NCBI RefSeq assembly: GCF_016432865.1
Contig: NC_067403.1
Span: 263,810,001 to 263,874,000 of the forward strand
Direction: 5' to 3'
From: Antechinus flavipes
Taxonomy: Eukaryota
Length of the DNA: 64,000 nt
This document shows positions 1 to 11,739 of the stretch, piece after piece (the first letter of the stretch is position 1; each line of letters starts with the position of its first letter). Position numbers and translations under genes: made by a program. Below the pieces are notes generated by a model. It had not been told where the DNA came from, made no database searches, and saw only the letters and a list, made by a program, of their open reading frames with translations.

Positions 1-260
1 AAGACTATGAGTTCCAAAATGTTTCTCCCTCCCTCCTTTCCCTCTCCCTTCCTCAAGACAGCCAGCCCTCCGACATAAGTTAGTACAATGATGTTAAACA
101 TATTCCATGTTAGTCATGTTGTGAAAGAGGAATCGGAACAAAAGGAACGAGCCGTGAGAAAGAAAAATGTAAAAGGGGAAAATAGTATGTCTTCTTCTGC
201 ATTCAGAATCCATGGTTCTTTCTCTAGGTGGAGATGGATGTCCCAATGGAAGGACATCCC
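1..260 (-). mobile_element. LINE-1 3' fragment (marsupial type), antisense
   Basis: AT-rich sequence recognised as the reverse complement of a marsupial L1 3' end (e.g. aaaatagtatg...tgcattcagaatcc). Recalled similarity only. Confidence 0.55.
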
Positions 261-432
261 CTCAGTTTCCAGTTCTTTGCCGCCACGAAAAGAGCTGCTA
301 TAAAGAACTGGACATTGGGGGGATGCTCAGCAGTTGGGGAGGGGCTGAAGTTGTGGTATATGAATATAACGGGATGCCATTGTTCTATAAGGAATGAGGA
401 ATAGGGAGGGTTTTTTGTGTGTGGACACAATT

Positions 433-497
433 GGGGTTAAGTGACTCGCCCAGGGTCACACAGCCAGGAAGTCTTAAGTGTCTGAGACCAGATGGAA
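433..497 (-). mobile_element. tRNA-derived marsupial SINE fragment (WSINE1-like)
   Basis: Reverse complement reads atctggtctcagacacttaagacttcctggctgtgtgaccctgggcgagtcacttaacccc, a typical marsupial SINE body. Confidence 0.75.
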
Positions 498-517
498 CAG
501 GTAGATTTTTGGGGGGA

Positions 518-800
518 AAAAATGGAAAGACTTCTAGGAAGTGAGCAGAATTGGGAGAGCATTGTGCACAGTTATAGCAGCGCTGTTCAATGATCAGCTG
601 GGATGGACTTTGCTCTTCTCAGTTCTACAGCAATACGGCAACACTTTAAGACAATTCCAAAACTCATGATGAAAATGTTATCCACATCCAGAGGAAAAAC
701 TATGGAGTCTAAACTATCTCTACATGTAAATTACTGTTATGTGGGGGGAAATGAAAATAAAACTAATGGGAGATTGCCTTGATTTAGTAGTGGCTGATGA
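518..800 (+). mobile_element. LINE-1 ORF2 end / 3' UTR fragment
   Basis: aatggaaagactt...gtgagcagaa...gacaattccaaaactcatgatgaaaatg...tccacatccagag...ctatggagtct resembles the marsupial L1 3' end. Confidence 0.65.
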
Positions 801-844
801 ATAAAATAGTATTTGAGGGGGGAGAAGAGCTGCTATAAGTATTT

Positions 845-1150
845 TTTTACATATGGGTCCTTTTCCATTGCATAGGATCTCTTTGGGACATGGGCCCCGC
901 AGTGGTATCGCTGGATCAAAGGGTGTGCACAGTTTGATAGCCCTTTGGACATAGTTTCAAATTGTTCTCCAGAATGGAGAGATCAGTTCATAACTCCACC
1001 CAGACTGCTTTAGTGCCCTGGTTTTCCCATATCCGCATCCGTTATCTCCTTCTGAATATGTGGTTTGGTCTTCCTTGTCACCATAGTAGCTTTCTAGGGT
1101 CAGAATTTTTCTGTTTGCTCTCTTTTCCAGCCTATTTCTTTGCCCTTTAA
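845..1150 (-). mobile_element. LINE-1 ORF2 fragment, antisense
   Basis: gctggatcaaagggtgtgcacagtttgatagccctttggacatagtttcaaattgttctccagaatgg matches the antisense strand of marsupial L1 ORF2. Confidence 0.7.
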
Positions 1151-1369
1151 TTCTTTGTTAAACTTCCAGAATGGAAGGCCCCAGGTTCATGGATTTGGGG
1201 CAGCTGTTGTCAGAGCTACTTCTAGAGACCTGCACGCTTTCAGTTTTTCCAAGAAGGTGTGATCTGAGGAGGGGAGTGTTTACTATTCCCCCCGCTTCTG
1301 CTCTGGTCTTCAAATGACAATGAACACTATTTCCTGTCCTGGAACTGTGAGGATGATTCCTGCTCCAGC

Positions 1370-1590
1370 CTTCTCCCCTTCCAGTCCCCAGCCTCCTCCC
1401 CTTCCAGTCCCCAGCCTCCTCCCTTCCCAGCCCCCCGCCTCCTCCCTTCCCAGCCCCCCCACCTTCTCCCTTCCCAGCCCCCCCCGCCTCCTCCCTTCCC
1501 AGCCCCCCGCCTCCTCCCTTCCCAGCCCCCCGCCTCCTCCCTTCCCAGCCCCCCGCCTCCTCCCTTCCCAGCCCCCCAGCCTCCTCCCTT
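1370..1590. repeat. C-rich ~23-bp minisatellite (cctcctcccttcccagccccccg)
   Basis: Directly visible tandem copies upstream of CDHR5; G-tracts lie on the minus strand. Confidence 0.9.
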
Positions 1591-2084
1591 CTCAATTCCC
1601 TAGCCTTCCATATAAATGGTCTCACTTGGCCCTCAGACTTCAGGGAGACCTCCTCCTCTCCCACTTCCCAAGGATTAGTCCCAATGCAGGGAGGCAAGTA
1701 AAGTTCTTTTCCCAGCAGCTGGGGTCACTGACTAGTTAATGGTCTGAATCCCAGGGCGGTTGAGGAGGAGGGTCAGGATGAATGTTCCTGAAGCAGGGAC
1801 TGCCTGGGAACTGGGGCACAGAGGAGAGACCCCCGGCGGTCCCCTGGACACGGACTCGGGCCCAGCGGAGACTGAGCCTTCCGCTCCTTGTGTGAGTAAT
1901 GAGGCTCAAAGGACGGAAAGCAAATTCTCCACAACCAAGACTCCTGCTCCCCCTCCCCAGCTCCTCCCCAGGACCAGGCTGTCACATGACGAGTCCAGGT
2001 CCCCTGTTCTGGGTGGATGAGACCTTGGAGATGGGGGCGTGTCACAGCAAACCACCCCGGCCCAGCCCAGCCCCGGCTGGAGGT

Positions 2085-2118
2085 GCCATAAATAATCATT
2101 TGCCAGACTCAAAGGTCA
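2085..2118 (+). promoter_or_regulatory. CDHR5 proximal promoter: CDX (GCCATAAA), HNF1-like and HNF4 DR1 (GACTCAAAGGTCA) sites
   Basis: GCCATAAA 2085-2092, AATAATCATTTGC 2091-2103 and GACTCAAAGGTCA 2106-2118 sit 130-160 bp upstream of the ATG. Confidence 0.6.
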
Positions 2119-2246
2119 TTCCCAGTGCCTGTGTGCCAGGGAAGTAGCAGGGCAGGGCAGGGTGGGCCGAGCAGGCCGAAGAATCTTTGCTCCCCGTCCC
2201 CGGAGGCATCTGGGGTGGGCCTGGGGGGCTGGGCTGCTCCCCCACC

Positions 2247-5200
2247 ATGAGGGCCTCTGGCTGGGCCCTGGGCCTCCTGCCACTTCTGCTGCTGCTTCCC
2301 GGAGCTGAGGGCCAGATCCAGGGTAGGGGGGTTAAGGGGAAAGCAAGGATAGAGGGAGGGAGTCAGGGAGCTGGGGGCAAGGGATGGGGAGAAATGGCGA
2401 GAAGGGGCTGAGGGGGAGCAGGGTTGGGGGGGCAGGAGGGGCCGGGGGAAGGAGGGGCAGGGGGCAGGGAAAGGGATAGGGAGGAGAGAGGTGGTGAGAA
2501 GGGGCTGAGGGGAAGCAGGGTTGGGGGGGCAGGAGGGGCTGGGGGCTCCAGGGGCATTCAGGGATCAGTCCTGATTCAGAGTGGGAATCCCCCATAGTGT
2601 GCTCTGTGTCCCCTGACTGGATCGAGGTGTACGAGAACGTGCTCCCCACACAAGCCGTGGCCACGATCACAGCGCCCCCCGAGCAGGAGGTCGTCCTGAG
2701 CCCTACTTCCAATCTGATCTTCGAGATTGAGAATAGGGAGCTGAGGCTCATTAGAGAACCCGATTATGAGGTAAGAGGAGCCAGCTCCCCGGCCCTTTCC
2801 CACCCTTCTTCCCTCTCCCTCAGAAGACAGAACTCCTGGGTCCTCCCTCAGAGGGACCCCCCCACCTGTCAGCCTGGGGGGGGGTCTAGCTGGTTTTGGC
2901 AGTGATTGGTTCCACATCCCCTTCTCCCACCCAGACAGATCCTGTGCTGACTGCAAACCTGGAGTGCAAGGAAGGGAATATCGTGGTGAGTGGGAGTCTG
3001 GGATGGGGGGCAGGGGACGCAGACAGAGATGATGACCCCTGACTTCTAACTCCTGGTGGCCCCAGGTGACCAAGCTGACCGTGACTGTGGTAGTCCTCAA
3101 TGTCAATGACGAGCCCCCCCTGTTTCCCTTTTCCAGCAAAACCTGGAACGTCAGCGAGGTGAGCTCAGTGGTGCATGGGGAGGGGGGTGCAGGGAATGGG
3201 GGGGCTTGAGCGGAGCTGCCCCCACCCGACCTTTCCAAATTCTGTACAGAACACCAACGTGGGGACCACTGTTATACCGGCCACAGAACTGACAGCCACA
3301 GACAAAGATGGGGACACGCTCTTCTACACTCTCTTAGGGCAGAGCCCCCCGGTCAGTTGAACTGGCTTTCTCCCCCAATCCCCTCCAGCCCCCTGAACCC
3401 CTTCTTCCTCCCTCTGTCTTTGCCAATACTGTTCAGGACCCCCAGGCACCCTCTCCCCCACATCTCCTCCAGGACCTGGGCACCCTCTCCCCCAACTCCC
3501 AGCCTGGTGCCAGGCTCCAGTTGGGGTATATCTCCCGGCCATTTGTCTGGGAAGGAGGGAGGGAGCATGGGGCTCCAGCCGGCCGCTTACTGGCGACTTG
3601 ATGCCTTGTGGCCCCCTCCCCTCTCTGCCTCAGGGTGCAGACAAGGTTTTCTCCCTGGCTGGGGTTAACTCCCCCGCCCTGCAGCTGGCCCAGGCTCTGG
3701 ACTATGACAAGATGCCATCCATGGTCTTCCACCTTCTGGTCAGGGTGAGTGCCCTCTCCCCTGGGCCTCCTAGGAACCTGGCTGGGTGATCCTGGGAGGT
3801 GATCCTGGGAGGTGATCCTGGGAGGTGATCCTGGGAGGTGATTCTGGGAGGTGATCCTGGGAGGTGATCCTGGGAGGTGATTCTGGGAGGTGATCCTGGG
3901 AGGTGATTCTGGGAGAAGATCCTGGGAGGTGATTCTGGGAGGTGATCCTGGGAGGTGATCCTGGGAGGTGATCCTGGGAGGTGATCCTGGGAGGTGATTC
4001 TGGGAGGTGATCCTGGGAGGTGATCCTGGGAGGTGATCCTGGGAGGTGATCCTGGGAGGTGATTCTGGGAGGTGATTCTGGGAGAAGATCCTGGAAGGTG
4101 ATCCTGGGAGGTGATTCTGGGAGGTGATTCTGGCTGGGTGATCCTGGGAGGTGATTCTGGGAGAAGATTCTGGGAGGTGATTCTGGGAGGTGATCCTGGG
4201 AGAAGATTCTGGGAGGTGATTCTGGGAGGTGATCCTGGGAGGTGATCCTGGGAGGTGATCCTGGGAGGTGATCCTGGGAGGTGATCCTGGGAGGTGATTC
4301 TGGGAGAAGATTCTGGGAGGTGATTCTGGGAGGTGATTCTGGGAGAAGATCCTGGGAGGTGATTCTGGGAGAAGATCCTGGAAAGTGATCCTGGGAGGTG
4401 ATCCTGGGAGGTAATTCTGGCTGGGTGATCCTGGGAGGTGATTCTGGGAGAAGATTCTGGGAGGTGATTCTGGGAGGTGATTCTGGGAGGTGATTCTGGG
4501 AGGTGATTCTGGGAGGTGATTCTGGGAGAAGATCCTGGGAGGTGATTCTGGGAGGTGGTTCTGGGAGGTGATTCTGGGAGGTGATTCTGGGAGGTGATTC
4601 TGGGAGAAGATCCTGGGAGGTGGTTCTGGGAGGTGATTCTGGGAGAAGATCCTGGGAGGTGATTCTGGGAGGTGATTCTGGGAGAAGATCCTGGGAGGTG
4701 ATTCTGGGAGGTGATTCTGGGAGGTGATCCTGGGAGGTGATCCTGGGAGGTGATCCTGGCCCTCTCCACCTTCACTTTCCCTCCATGGGGGGAGGGGGTG
4801 TTTCTCTTTGAGGTCCACCTATACCCAGGAGCCTCTGGACACTTGGCTGTCTATGGCCAGGGCGCCCCCGCTCCCAAGCAGGGCTCTCTGCCCCCTAAGG
4901 CAGGGGCTTGGGAAGGGACCGGCCTGGGGGGGCCTTTAGCCCCCTCATGCGGGGCTGGGCGCCTCTACCTGCCACAGGACACTCCCGAACCAGAGGCTGA
5001 GCCCAGCCACACGGCCACAGCCTCCATCACAATCCAAGTGGTTCCTGCCGACATGCGCCCACCCTGGTTCTTGCCCTGCCAGTACAATGATGGGCGGGTC
5101 TGCATCCACGCCCAGTACCTGGGGACGGTGCCCGTTGGCTTCCTCCTGGTAATGGCCATGCCCGGGGGAGGGGAAGGGAAGGGGGCATTCCGGGCCCTGC

Positions 5201-8200
5201 CAGGGTCCTCAGGGTCCATCCCTGGGTCTCCAAGCTGACCCCAATCGGGCTGTGCCCAGACCTTCCTGCCAGGGGCTGAGGTGGGCACGTCTGGATGCCC
5301 GGGGCAGGGATTTACTTGAGAAACTGAGGCAAATTAGAGGGAAAAGAGGAAGTAGGGCTAGGGGCTGGGCTTATGAATCACAGACTCCTCCCCTTCCTGT
5401 CCCCCTGCCCATGAGGGTGGGGGGCTATCTCCTCAGTGCATCCTGGCTTGGACCAGTCCCCCCCCCCCCCCCGCCCCTGAGCCTCTTCCTGTCCAAGACC
5501 AGATCCTGAGATCCTGGGTCACCAGTGACTTAAGGAGAGGCGGGGGGGGGGGGGGGAGACCCTCTCGGGAGTCTCGGCCCTGCCTCTGGGGCAGAAAGGT
5601 CTGGGAGCCCCTTGCCCAGGGTCAGCCTGAGGCTCTGGGGATGGAGTCCTGCAGGAAGCCCTCGGTCTGGGCATCAAGGGGAGGCCAGGAGGGGGCCGCT
5701 GACGGGGGTGGGGGGAGCCCGGGGGGGGGCAGGCGGGGGCGGGGCGGGCCAGGCTGCCAACTCCCCTCTTCCTCCAGACAACACCCTTCACCTTCTTCCC
5801 TGGGCCTGTGTACGCTGTTGATGGGGACACTGCCATCAATGAGCCGATAAGATACAGCATTATTCAGGGTGAGAGGCCCCCCGGGTCTTCCAGAGAGAGC
5901 CCCACCCTTGCCCCTGGTGGCACCCAAGCCCTCTGCCCTGCCCCCGCCCGCCGCCCATCACTCTTCCTCTGGGCACTGAAGGCAGCCTCCCCTCCCCTCA
6001 ATCTTCCCCAGGGAACGAGAACAACACTTTTCAGATTGGAGAGGACTCGGGCAACGTCACCATGACCAAAGCCGTCCCCATCCCCACCATCTTCCACCTG
6101 CTGGTCCAGGTGAGAAATGGCTCTGGCTGCTGCTTCCCTCCCTAGCTCTTCCCCCGGGAAGCCCCCCCCCCAGTTCTGGAGGCTGCCCCCCAGCTCTGAG
6201 ACCGTCCCTCGAGCTCGGACCACAGTTCTCTGCATCTATTCTGCAGCTTTCCTGGGCTCGATGAGCACCCCTAGATCTCCCTATCTTCCCCCTCCCATAG
6301 TTCAAGTCTCTTAAATTGGGGGTCCAGTGACACTCAGTGCATCCAGACCCAAACTCATTCTCTTTACCCCTCCCCCTCCTGCGGGCCCTCAGGCTCCCGA
6401 CCTCTCACCCCCCAGATCCCTTAGGGCTCAAGGGCTGCCCATCTCATCTCTGCAGTGGTTCCCACCGCAGCCCCTGCCCCCACACCCCCTGGCACACGCC
6501 TGTGCCCCTGCCGCCCCTGGCACACGCTTGGGCTATTACAGGAGCTGGGGGGGCACCCGCTTTCAATCTCTCCCCCCCATTCAGCCACCAAAGGGACTTT
6601 CCTAAAGCTCAGGTGTGAGTCTGTCAGCCCCTGCTCCGTAAATCCTAAGGGAGACCTTTTTTCTGACGTTTCGGGTCCTCCCTAACCTGCCCCCTCTCTG
6701 TTTCCCCCCTTCTCTTCAGTCCAGGGTCTCCGGCCCGGCCCTTCCTGGGCCCCCGGCCCTTCCTCCTCCCTCCCGCTCTTGTCCAGCGCCCCCGGCCCCG
6801 CCCCCGCCCCCGCCCCGGCCTCGGCCCCTTCCCCACCAGCCTCCGCAGCGCCCCTTGCTTTCGGCCCCGTCCCTGGGACCGTCCGGTTTCTGGCCAGAGC
6901 TTGCTCTGTGTCCGTCTCCCCCATTAGGCTGAGACCCCCCGGGCGGGGGCGTGCGCAGCCCCGGCACTTAGTAGGTGCTTAATCCCCGCTGACGGAGCGC
7001 CTGTGGCCCCTCCCCCGTGCGGGCGTCCGGGCTTCTCCGGCCTCTGATGGAGGCGCCTTCCCCTCAGTTTCCCCGGCTCTTCCTAGGCTCGACAAGTGCA
7101 CACGGGAAGCTATTCTGTGACCCAGGTGACCATCGAGGTGATGAACAATCAGCACCCGCCTCGCTTCACCCGGGCCCTGTACCGAGGCTGGCTGCCCCCG
7201 GACACCCGCCCTAACGTGGCCGTGAAGGACGAAGAAGACCCGGCCAGGTTGCTGACGCTCAGCGCTGAGGACCTTGACTTCCCGCCAGAAGTAAGGAGGG
7301 CGCTGTCCTGCGGGGGGGGTCCTGGCGGGGAGGGAGCTGGGGGGGTCCTGGCGGGGGAGGGAGCTGGGGGGGTCCTGGGGGGGAGGGAGCTGGGGGGGTC
7401 CTGGCTGGGGGAGGGAGCTGGGGGGGTCCTGGCGGGGGGAGGGAGCTGGGGGGGTCCTGGCTGGGGGAGGGAGCTGGGGGGGTCCTGGCGGGGGAGGGGA
7501 GGGAGCTGGGGGAGGGGTCCTGGCGGGGGGAGGGAGCTGGGGGGGTCCTGGCGGGGGGAGGGAGCTGGGGGGGTCCTGGCGGGGAGGGAGCTGGGGGGGT
7601 CCTGGCGGGGGGAGGGAGCTGGGGGGGTCCTGGCGGGGGGAGGGAGCTGGGGGGGTCCTGGCGGGGGAGGGGAGGGAGCTGGGGGAGGGGTCCTGGTACG
7701 GGATGTGGGGAGCTGGGGGGGGTCTGCGACGCTTTCACTGGGGGGCCCTTTCCCTAGGTGCCCAATTGGGGCCTGGAGTACCGAATCACCAACAGCTCCG
7801 CCTTCAGGATGTCTGGGGAAGTTGTGCTGACCAGCGCCCCCGTGGGGCCCCCCGGGGTGCTCTACCTGGAGGTGAGTTCTGCCCTGGGCTGGGCGGTGGG
7901 GCTCGGGCTGGGGAGCAGGGGCGGGGCTCACCAGGCACTGCCCCCCCCCCAGGCCGAGGTCTTGGACAGGCAGACGAGGGAGAAGGACACCACCACCATC
8001 CAGGTCCTCATCCAGCCCACCCCTCCAGGTACCCCCAGGCCCCCAGGGTCTTGGGGAGGAGGGTGGGACGCATCCGCCGGGGCCAGCCCCCGACCCCAAG
8101 CTTGGATGGGAGACTACCCTGTCCTCTGGATCTTCCCCAGAATCCACGACTCCAGACAGTGATAGGCAGACCGCTCCGACTTCAAGCAGCACCCCGACCC

Positions 8201-10468
8201 CGAGCCCTGGCACCGGCCCCACCCAGGCCCCCCCACACCCAGACACCACTGTGAAGCCCTCGGCCACGCCCCCTTCCCAGGGGACCCCAGGCCCTAGCCC
8301 CGACCCCCCCCAGACCCCCCCACACCCAGACACCACTGTGAAGCCCTCAGGCGGACCCCCCACCCAGAATCCCGCAGGCCCTGACCCCACCCAGGCCCCC
8401 TCCCGCCCAGACACCACTGTGAAGCCCTCAGGTGGACCCCCCACCCAGAATTCCCCAGGCCCTGGCCCCTCTGGGGGCTCCCAGACTGAAACCCCAGGAG
8501 GGATCACAGGGAAACCGACTCCAGAGTCAGGTGCCTCAGCAACAACCTCTCTGGGAACCATTGGACCCTCCAGGCCCACAGGTGGTGCCCCCATCCCCCT
8601 CCTGGAGCTCCTTGGGCTGCCCCCTGCTTGCTGGGCCCTGGGGGGCTGGGCCCTGCCCTCAGTCCCCACCCCTGCCTAGAGCCGGAGGGTCTGGACCGCT
8701 CTGTGGGCTCATGGGCTGGTCCAGCTGCCCGGGCCCCCCTCCCCTCCCCTCCCCTCCCCTTCCCTCTCTCTCCCCGCTGATTTATGACAGTCACACTGTA
8801 TGACACAACCTGAGCCTGAAGGTCTGGGCTGGGGCCTTGCCTCAGTGTGGGGGGTGGGGTGGGGAGGGGAGAACGTGCCTGGCTCCAAAGGTCTCTGGCC
8901 AGTGGGTGGGGGGAGGGAACTTGGCAGGGACCCACTGCCACCCCCCCCATGCCTCTGGGCTCTCCAGCAGGGTCCAGATGAGGGGTTCCAGGCCCCAAGG
9001 GGAGGCGGGAGGCTGGAAACTGACTGCTGGGTCTGCCAGGTGGCTCCTCGGGGGACAAGACGCAGCGGAGGTTCACGGCGAGCGAGATGGGGGCCACCGG
9101 GGGAGTGCTGGGAGCCCTGCTCTTCCTGACCCTCATCCTGCTGGGAGTCTTTGTCTACAAATACTATAGGGGCCCCAGGGAGAGCCCTCTCAGCAGCAAG
9201 CCCGGGGTGAGGCTCGGGGGGCAGAGACAGCNNNNNNNNNNNNNNNNNNNNNNNNNNNNNNNNNNNNNNNNNNNNNNNNNNNNNNNNNNNNNNNNNNNNN
9301 NNNNNNNNNNNNNNNNNNNNNNNNNNNNNNNNNNNNNNNNNNNNNNNNNNNNNNNNNNNNNNNNNNNNNNNNNNNNNNNNNNNNNNNNNNNNNNNNNNNN
9401 NNNNNNNNNNNNNNNNNNNNNNNNNNNNNNNNNNNNNNNNNNNNNNNNNNNNNNNNNNNNNNNNNNNNNNNNNNNNNNNNNNNNNNNNNNNNNNNNNNNN
9501 NNNNNNNNNNNNNNNNNNNNNNNNNNNNNNNNNNNNNNNNNNNNNNNNNNNNNNNNNNNNNNNNNNNNNNNNNNNNNNNNNNNNNNNNNNNNNNNNNNNN
9601 NNNNNNNNNNNNNNNNNNNNNNNNNNNNNNNNNNNNNNNNNNNNNNNNNNNNNNNNNNNNNNNNNNNNNNNNNNGGCAGAGAAGAGAGATTGAGACCTGT
9701 GAGAACTGTCTAGAAGCATGAAGGAGGTTTCATGGGGACACAAGACATGTAGACAGAGACAAGTGAGGGAGAGGGGAGCCGGGCAGCAGGAGAAGACTCC
9801 ACAACTCTCTTCCCCTTGGCTGCTCCTGGTTGGGGAAACTGGGGCAGGCAAAGGGGAGGTTACTCATCCCGGGGCCCAGAGCTGGGAAGTGTCTGACCCA
9901 GGTCCTCCTGACTCCAGACCCCGAGCTGGACACCGGACTCATGTGGGGAAGGGAAGAGCTCAAAGATGGGGGCAGACAGTCCCGCCTCCTGCAGCGCCTG
10001 GGGCCTGCCTCAGTCCTTGCCTCCCTCTTCCCACAGACCGACCCGAAGGACTCGGGTTATGAAAACAAAGCATTCCAAGCCCAGGAGGCGCCCGATGGGG
10101 GAGCCTCCCCCAGCCCTAGCCCAGAGCCGGAGCCTTTGCCCCGGCCCCCCACGGGTGACTCCCCAAGGGGGTCCATTCGCAGCCTGGCCCTGCCGATGCC
10201 CGATGCCGAGGTGACCCCCCCTGCGGTCAGAGAGCCCGAGGAGAAGGCGGAGGCCCAAGGCCGGGGGAGCACCAGGGAGAAGCCCATGAGGTCCATCCTG
10301 ACCAAGGAGCGCAAGTCAGAGGGGGGAGGCTACAAGGCTGTGTGGTTCGGAGAGGACATCGGGGCACAAGTGGATGTGGTCGTCATCAACAGCCCGGCGC
10401 CCGAGGAGCCCCACGCTGAATCCCAGGAGCCAACAGCCCAACCTAGTCAGGGGCCCAGTCCCAGCTGA
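2247..10468 (+). CDS. CDHR5: Cadherin-related family member 5 (mucin-like protocadherin), 15 coding exons, ~799 aa
   Basis: Exons 2247-2322, 2598-2770, 2935-2985, 3066-3158, 3250-3351, 3634-3744, 4978-5148, 5778-5868, 6012-6109, 7087-7290, 7758-7871, 7953-8028, 8141-8581, 9040-9206, 10037-10468. All are GT-AG with consistent phase; the 8581 donor is least certain. Features: Kozak CCACCATG and signal peptide; cadherin motifs (NVNDEPPLF, TDKDGD, LDYD); CDHR5-typical PADMRPPWFLPC...VCIHAQY; mucin exon; transmembrane LGALLFLTLILLGVFVY; tail RSILTKER...GGYKAVWFGEDIG. Confidence 0.95.
3781..4760. repeat. 13-bp minisatellite (gggaggtgatcct / gggaggtgattct / gggagaagatcct), ~75 copies, CDHR5 intron 6
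   Basis: Directly visible tandem array with three variant monomers. Confidence 0.97.
7310..7720. repeat. G-rich ~26-27-bp minisatellite (ggggggtcctggcgggggagggagct), CDHR5 intron 10
   Basis: Directly visible; several G-tracts per unit. Confidence 0.93.
9232..9674. other. Assembly gap (443 N) in the last CDHR5 intron
   Basis: Run of N with GA-rich flanks. The flanking exons join in phase 0, so no missing exon is required. Confidence 0.99.
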
Positions 10469-10575
10469 GGACCCTGGCCCCCCAGAGAAGGCGGGGGGGG
10501 CGCTCCTCGTGCTGTGCACTCTCGGCTCTGGTTCCAGCCGCAGCCTGACTCGGGGGTCTCTGGGACCGTCCCTGC

Positions 10576-10581
10576 ATTAAA
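10576..10581 (+). terminator. Probable CDHR5 poly(A) signal ATTAAA
   Basis: About 110 bp after the stop codon. Confidence 0.55.
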
Positions 10582-11739
10582 CGCACTAAGCTGACGGCGC
10601 CTCTGAGTTGTGGCAGCTGGGCCGGGGGGCAGTGGGCTCCCAGCCCCACCTGGGTTTCAGCTTCTCTGCCTTCAGGGGCAGCTTCCTATAAACCTGGCGG
10701 CCACATCCTCTTTCCAGGGCTCCCTCCCCCCAGCCCGTGGGGCACCTCCCCCCGCCCCGTCCCTCTGCCCTGTCCCCAAGCTCTGGCCCACAGCCGCCCC
10801 CCCCCGCCGGCTCCCCGGGGTCAGCCTGGTCCAGACCCCCTCAGCCCCGGGCCCCCCCCCAAACCCCCCAGGAGGCTCCCTCGGCCACTCCCCAGACCAG
10901 CGCATTTCCTCACCCCCGCACTTTCGAGGGAAGGAAGAGATTCTGAGAAAGCCGGCTCCCCCTCTCTGTTCCTCTTTTGGGGGCTGACAAGGGTGGGGAC
11001 AGGACCTTGCCTAGGGAGCTGCTGCCCGAGTGAGCGGGAGGGGTCCTGGTCCTGGGGCTCCATGCACCAGCAGGGGAGGTGCCCCAGTTAAGAGAAAGAA
11101 AGAGGGGAGACAGCAGAAAAGGCGGCCCTTTCCAGAGCCGGCAGTCCTCTCTCAAGAGGAAGAAGGCAGAGGGGGCTCCAGGAAGCCGGGCCCCCAGAAG
11201 TCTCGGCTGAGCCGTCTGGGCCTGAAGTCGGGCCTCAGATCCTCAGCGGCCCAGTCACTGACCGAGGTCACCTCAGTTTCCTCCACTGTAGAAAGGGGAC
11301 AAGGGCAGCACTGAGCCTGGGGTGCTCGAGGGTTAAACAAGATCACCCCCTCCAACCTGGGGGCGCAGTGGGCAGAGGTTCGGTCTCGGCCTCGAAGCAC
11401 CTTCCAGCCCCGGCCCCATCACTGGTGGGCTGCTCCCTCCCTCACCGTGACCCTGGCCATCCCTCGGCACCAACCGGTCCCCTATCTGAAAACCGTCCTC
11501 CCCAAATCCCTTTGCTCCTCCGGGCACAGCCCCAGCTCCTCCCTTGGTGGGAAGGCTGTCTGCTCCTGTGGCTTCACTGGCTTGGGGCCAGATACTGATG
11601 GATGGTGAGCAGACAAGAGGCCTCTCCTCCCATGGGGAGGCCGCGGGCAAACACCTGAGGGGGAGGCCCGAAAAGTGACCTGGAGGAGAGAGTGGGAGAG
11701 CACTGGCAGGGAGAGGGCGCTGCTGGCCTCCCTCCAACT

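Noticed and set aside
1-2246. Secretin (SCT), expected just upstream of CDHR5 by human synteny
   Set aside because: I found no HSDGTFTSEL-like coding sequence. The region is L1/SINE fragments plus promoter, so SCT probably lies outside the window.
3433-4818. 461-aa and 357-aa minus-strand ORFs (SPPRITSQNHLP repeats)
   Set aside because: These are translations of the 13-bp intronic VNTR, antisense to CDHR5, with no domain content.
6593-6602. Perfect NF-kB site GGGACTTTCC in CDHR5 intron 9 (also 26326-26335 in a PHRF1 exon)
   Set aside because: An isolated 10-mer is plausible by chance in 64 kb, and the second copy is coding sequence.
7149-8669. 506-aa Pro/Gly-rich minus-strand ORF
   Set aside because: It is the antisense read-through of CDHR5 exons and a G-rich VNTR; stop codons are rare at this GC content.
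9232-9674. Possible hidden exon or gene in the N gap
   Set aside because: The flanking CDHR5 exons join in frame, and the GA-rich flanks suggest a collapsed simple repeat.
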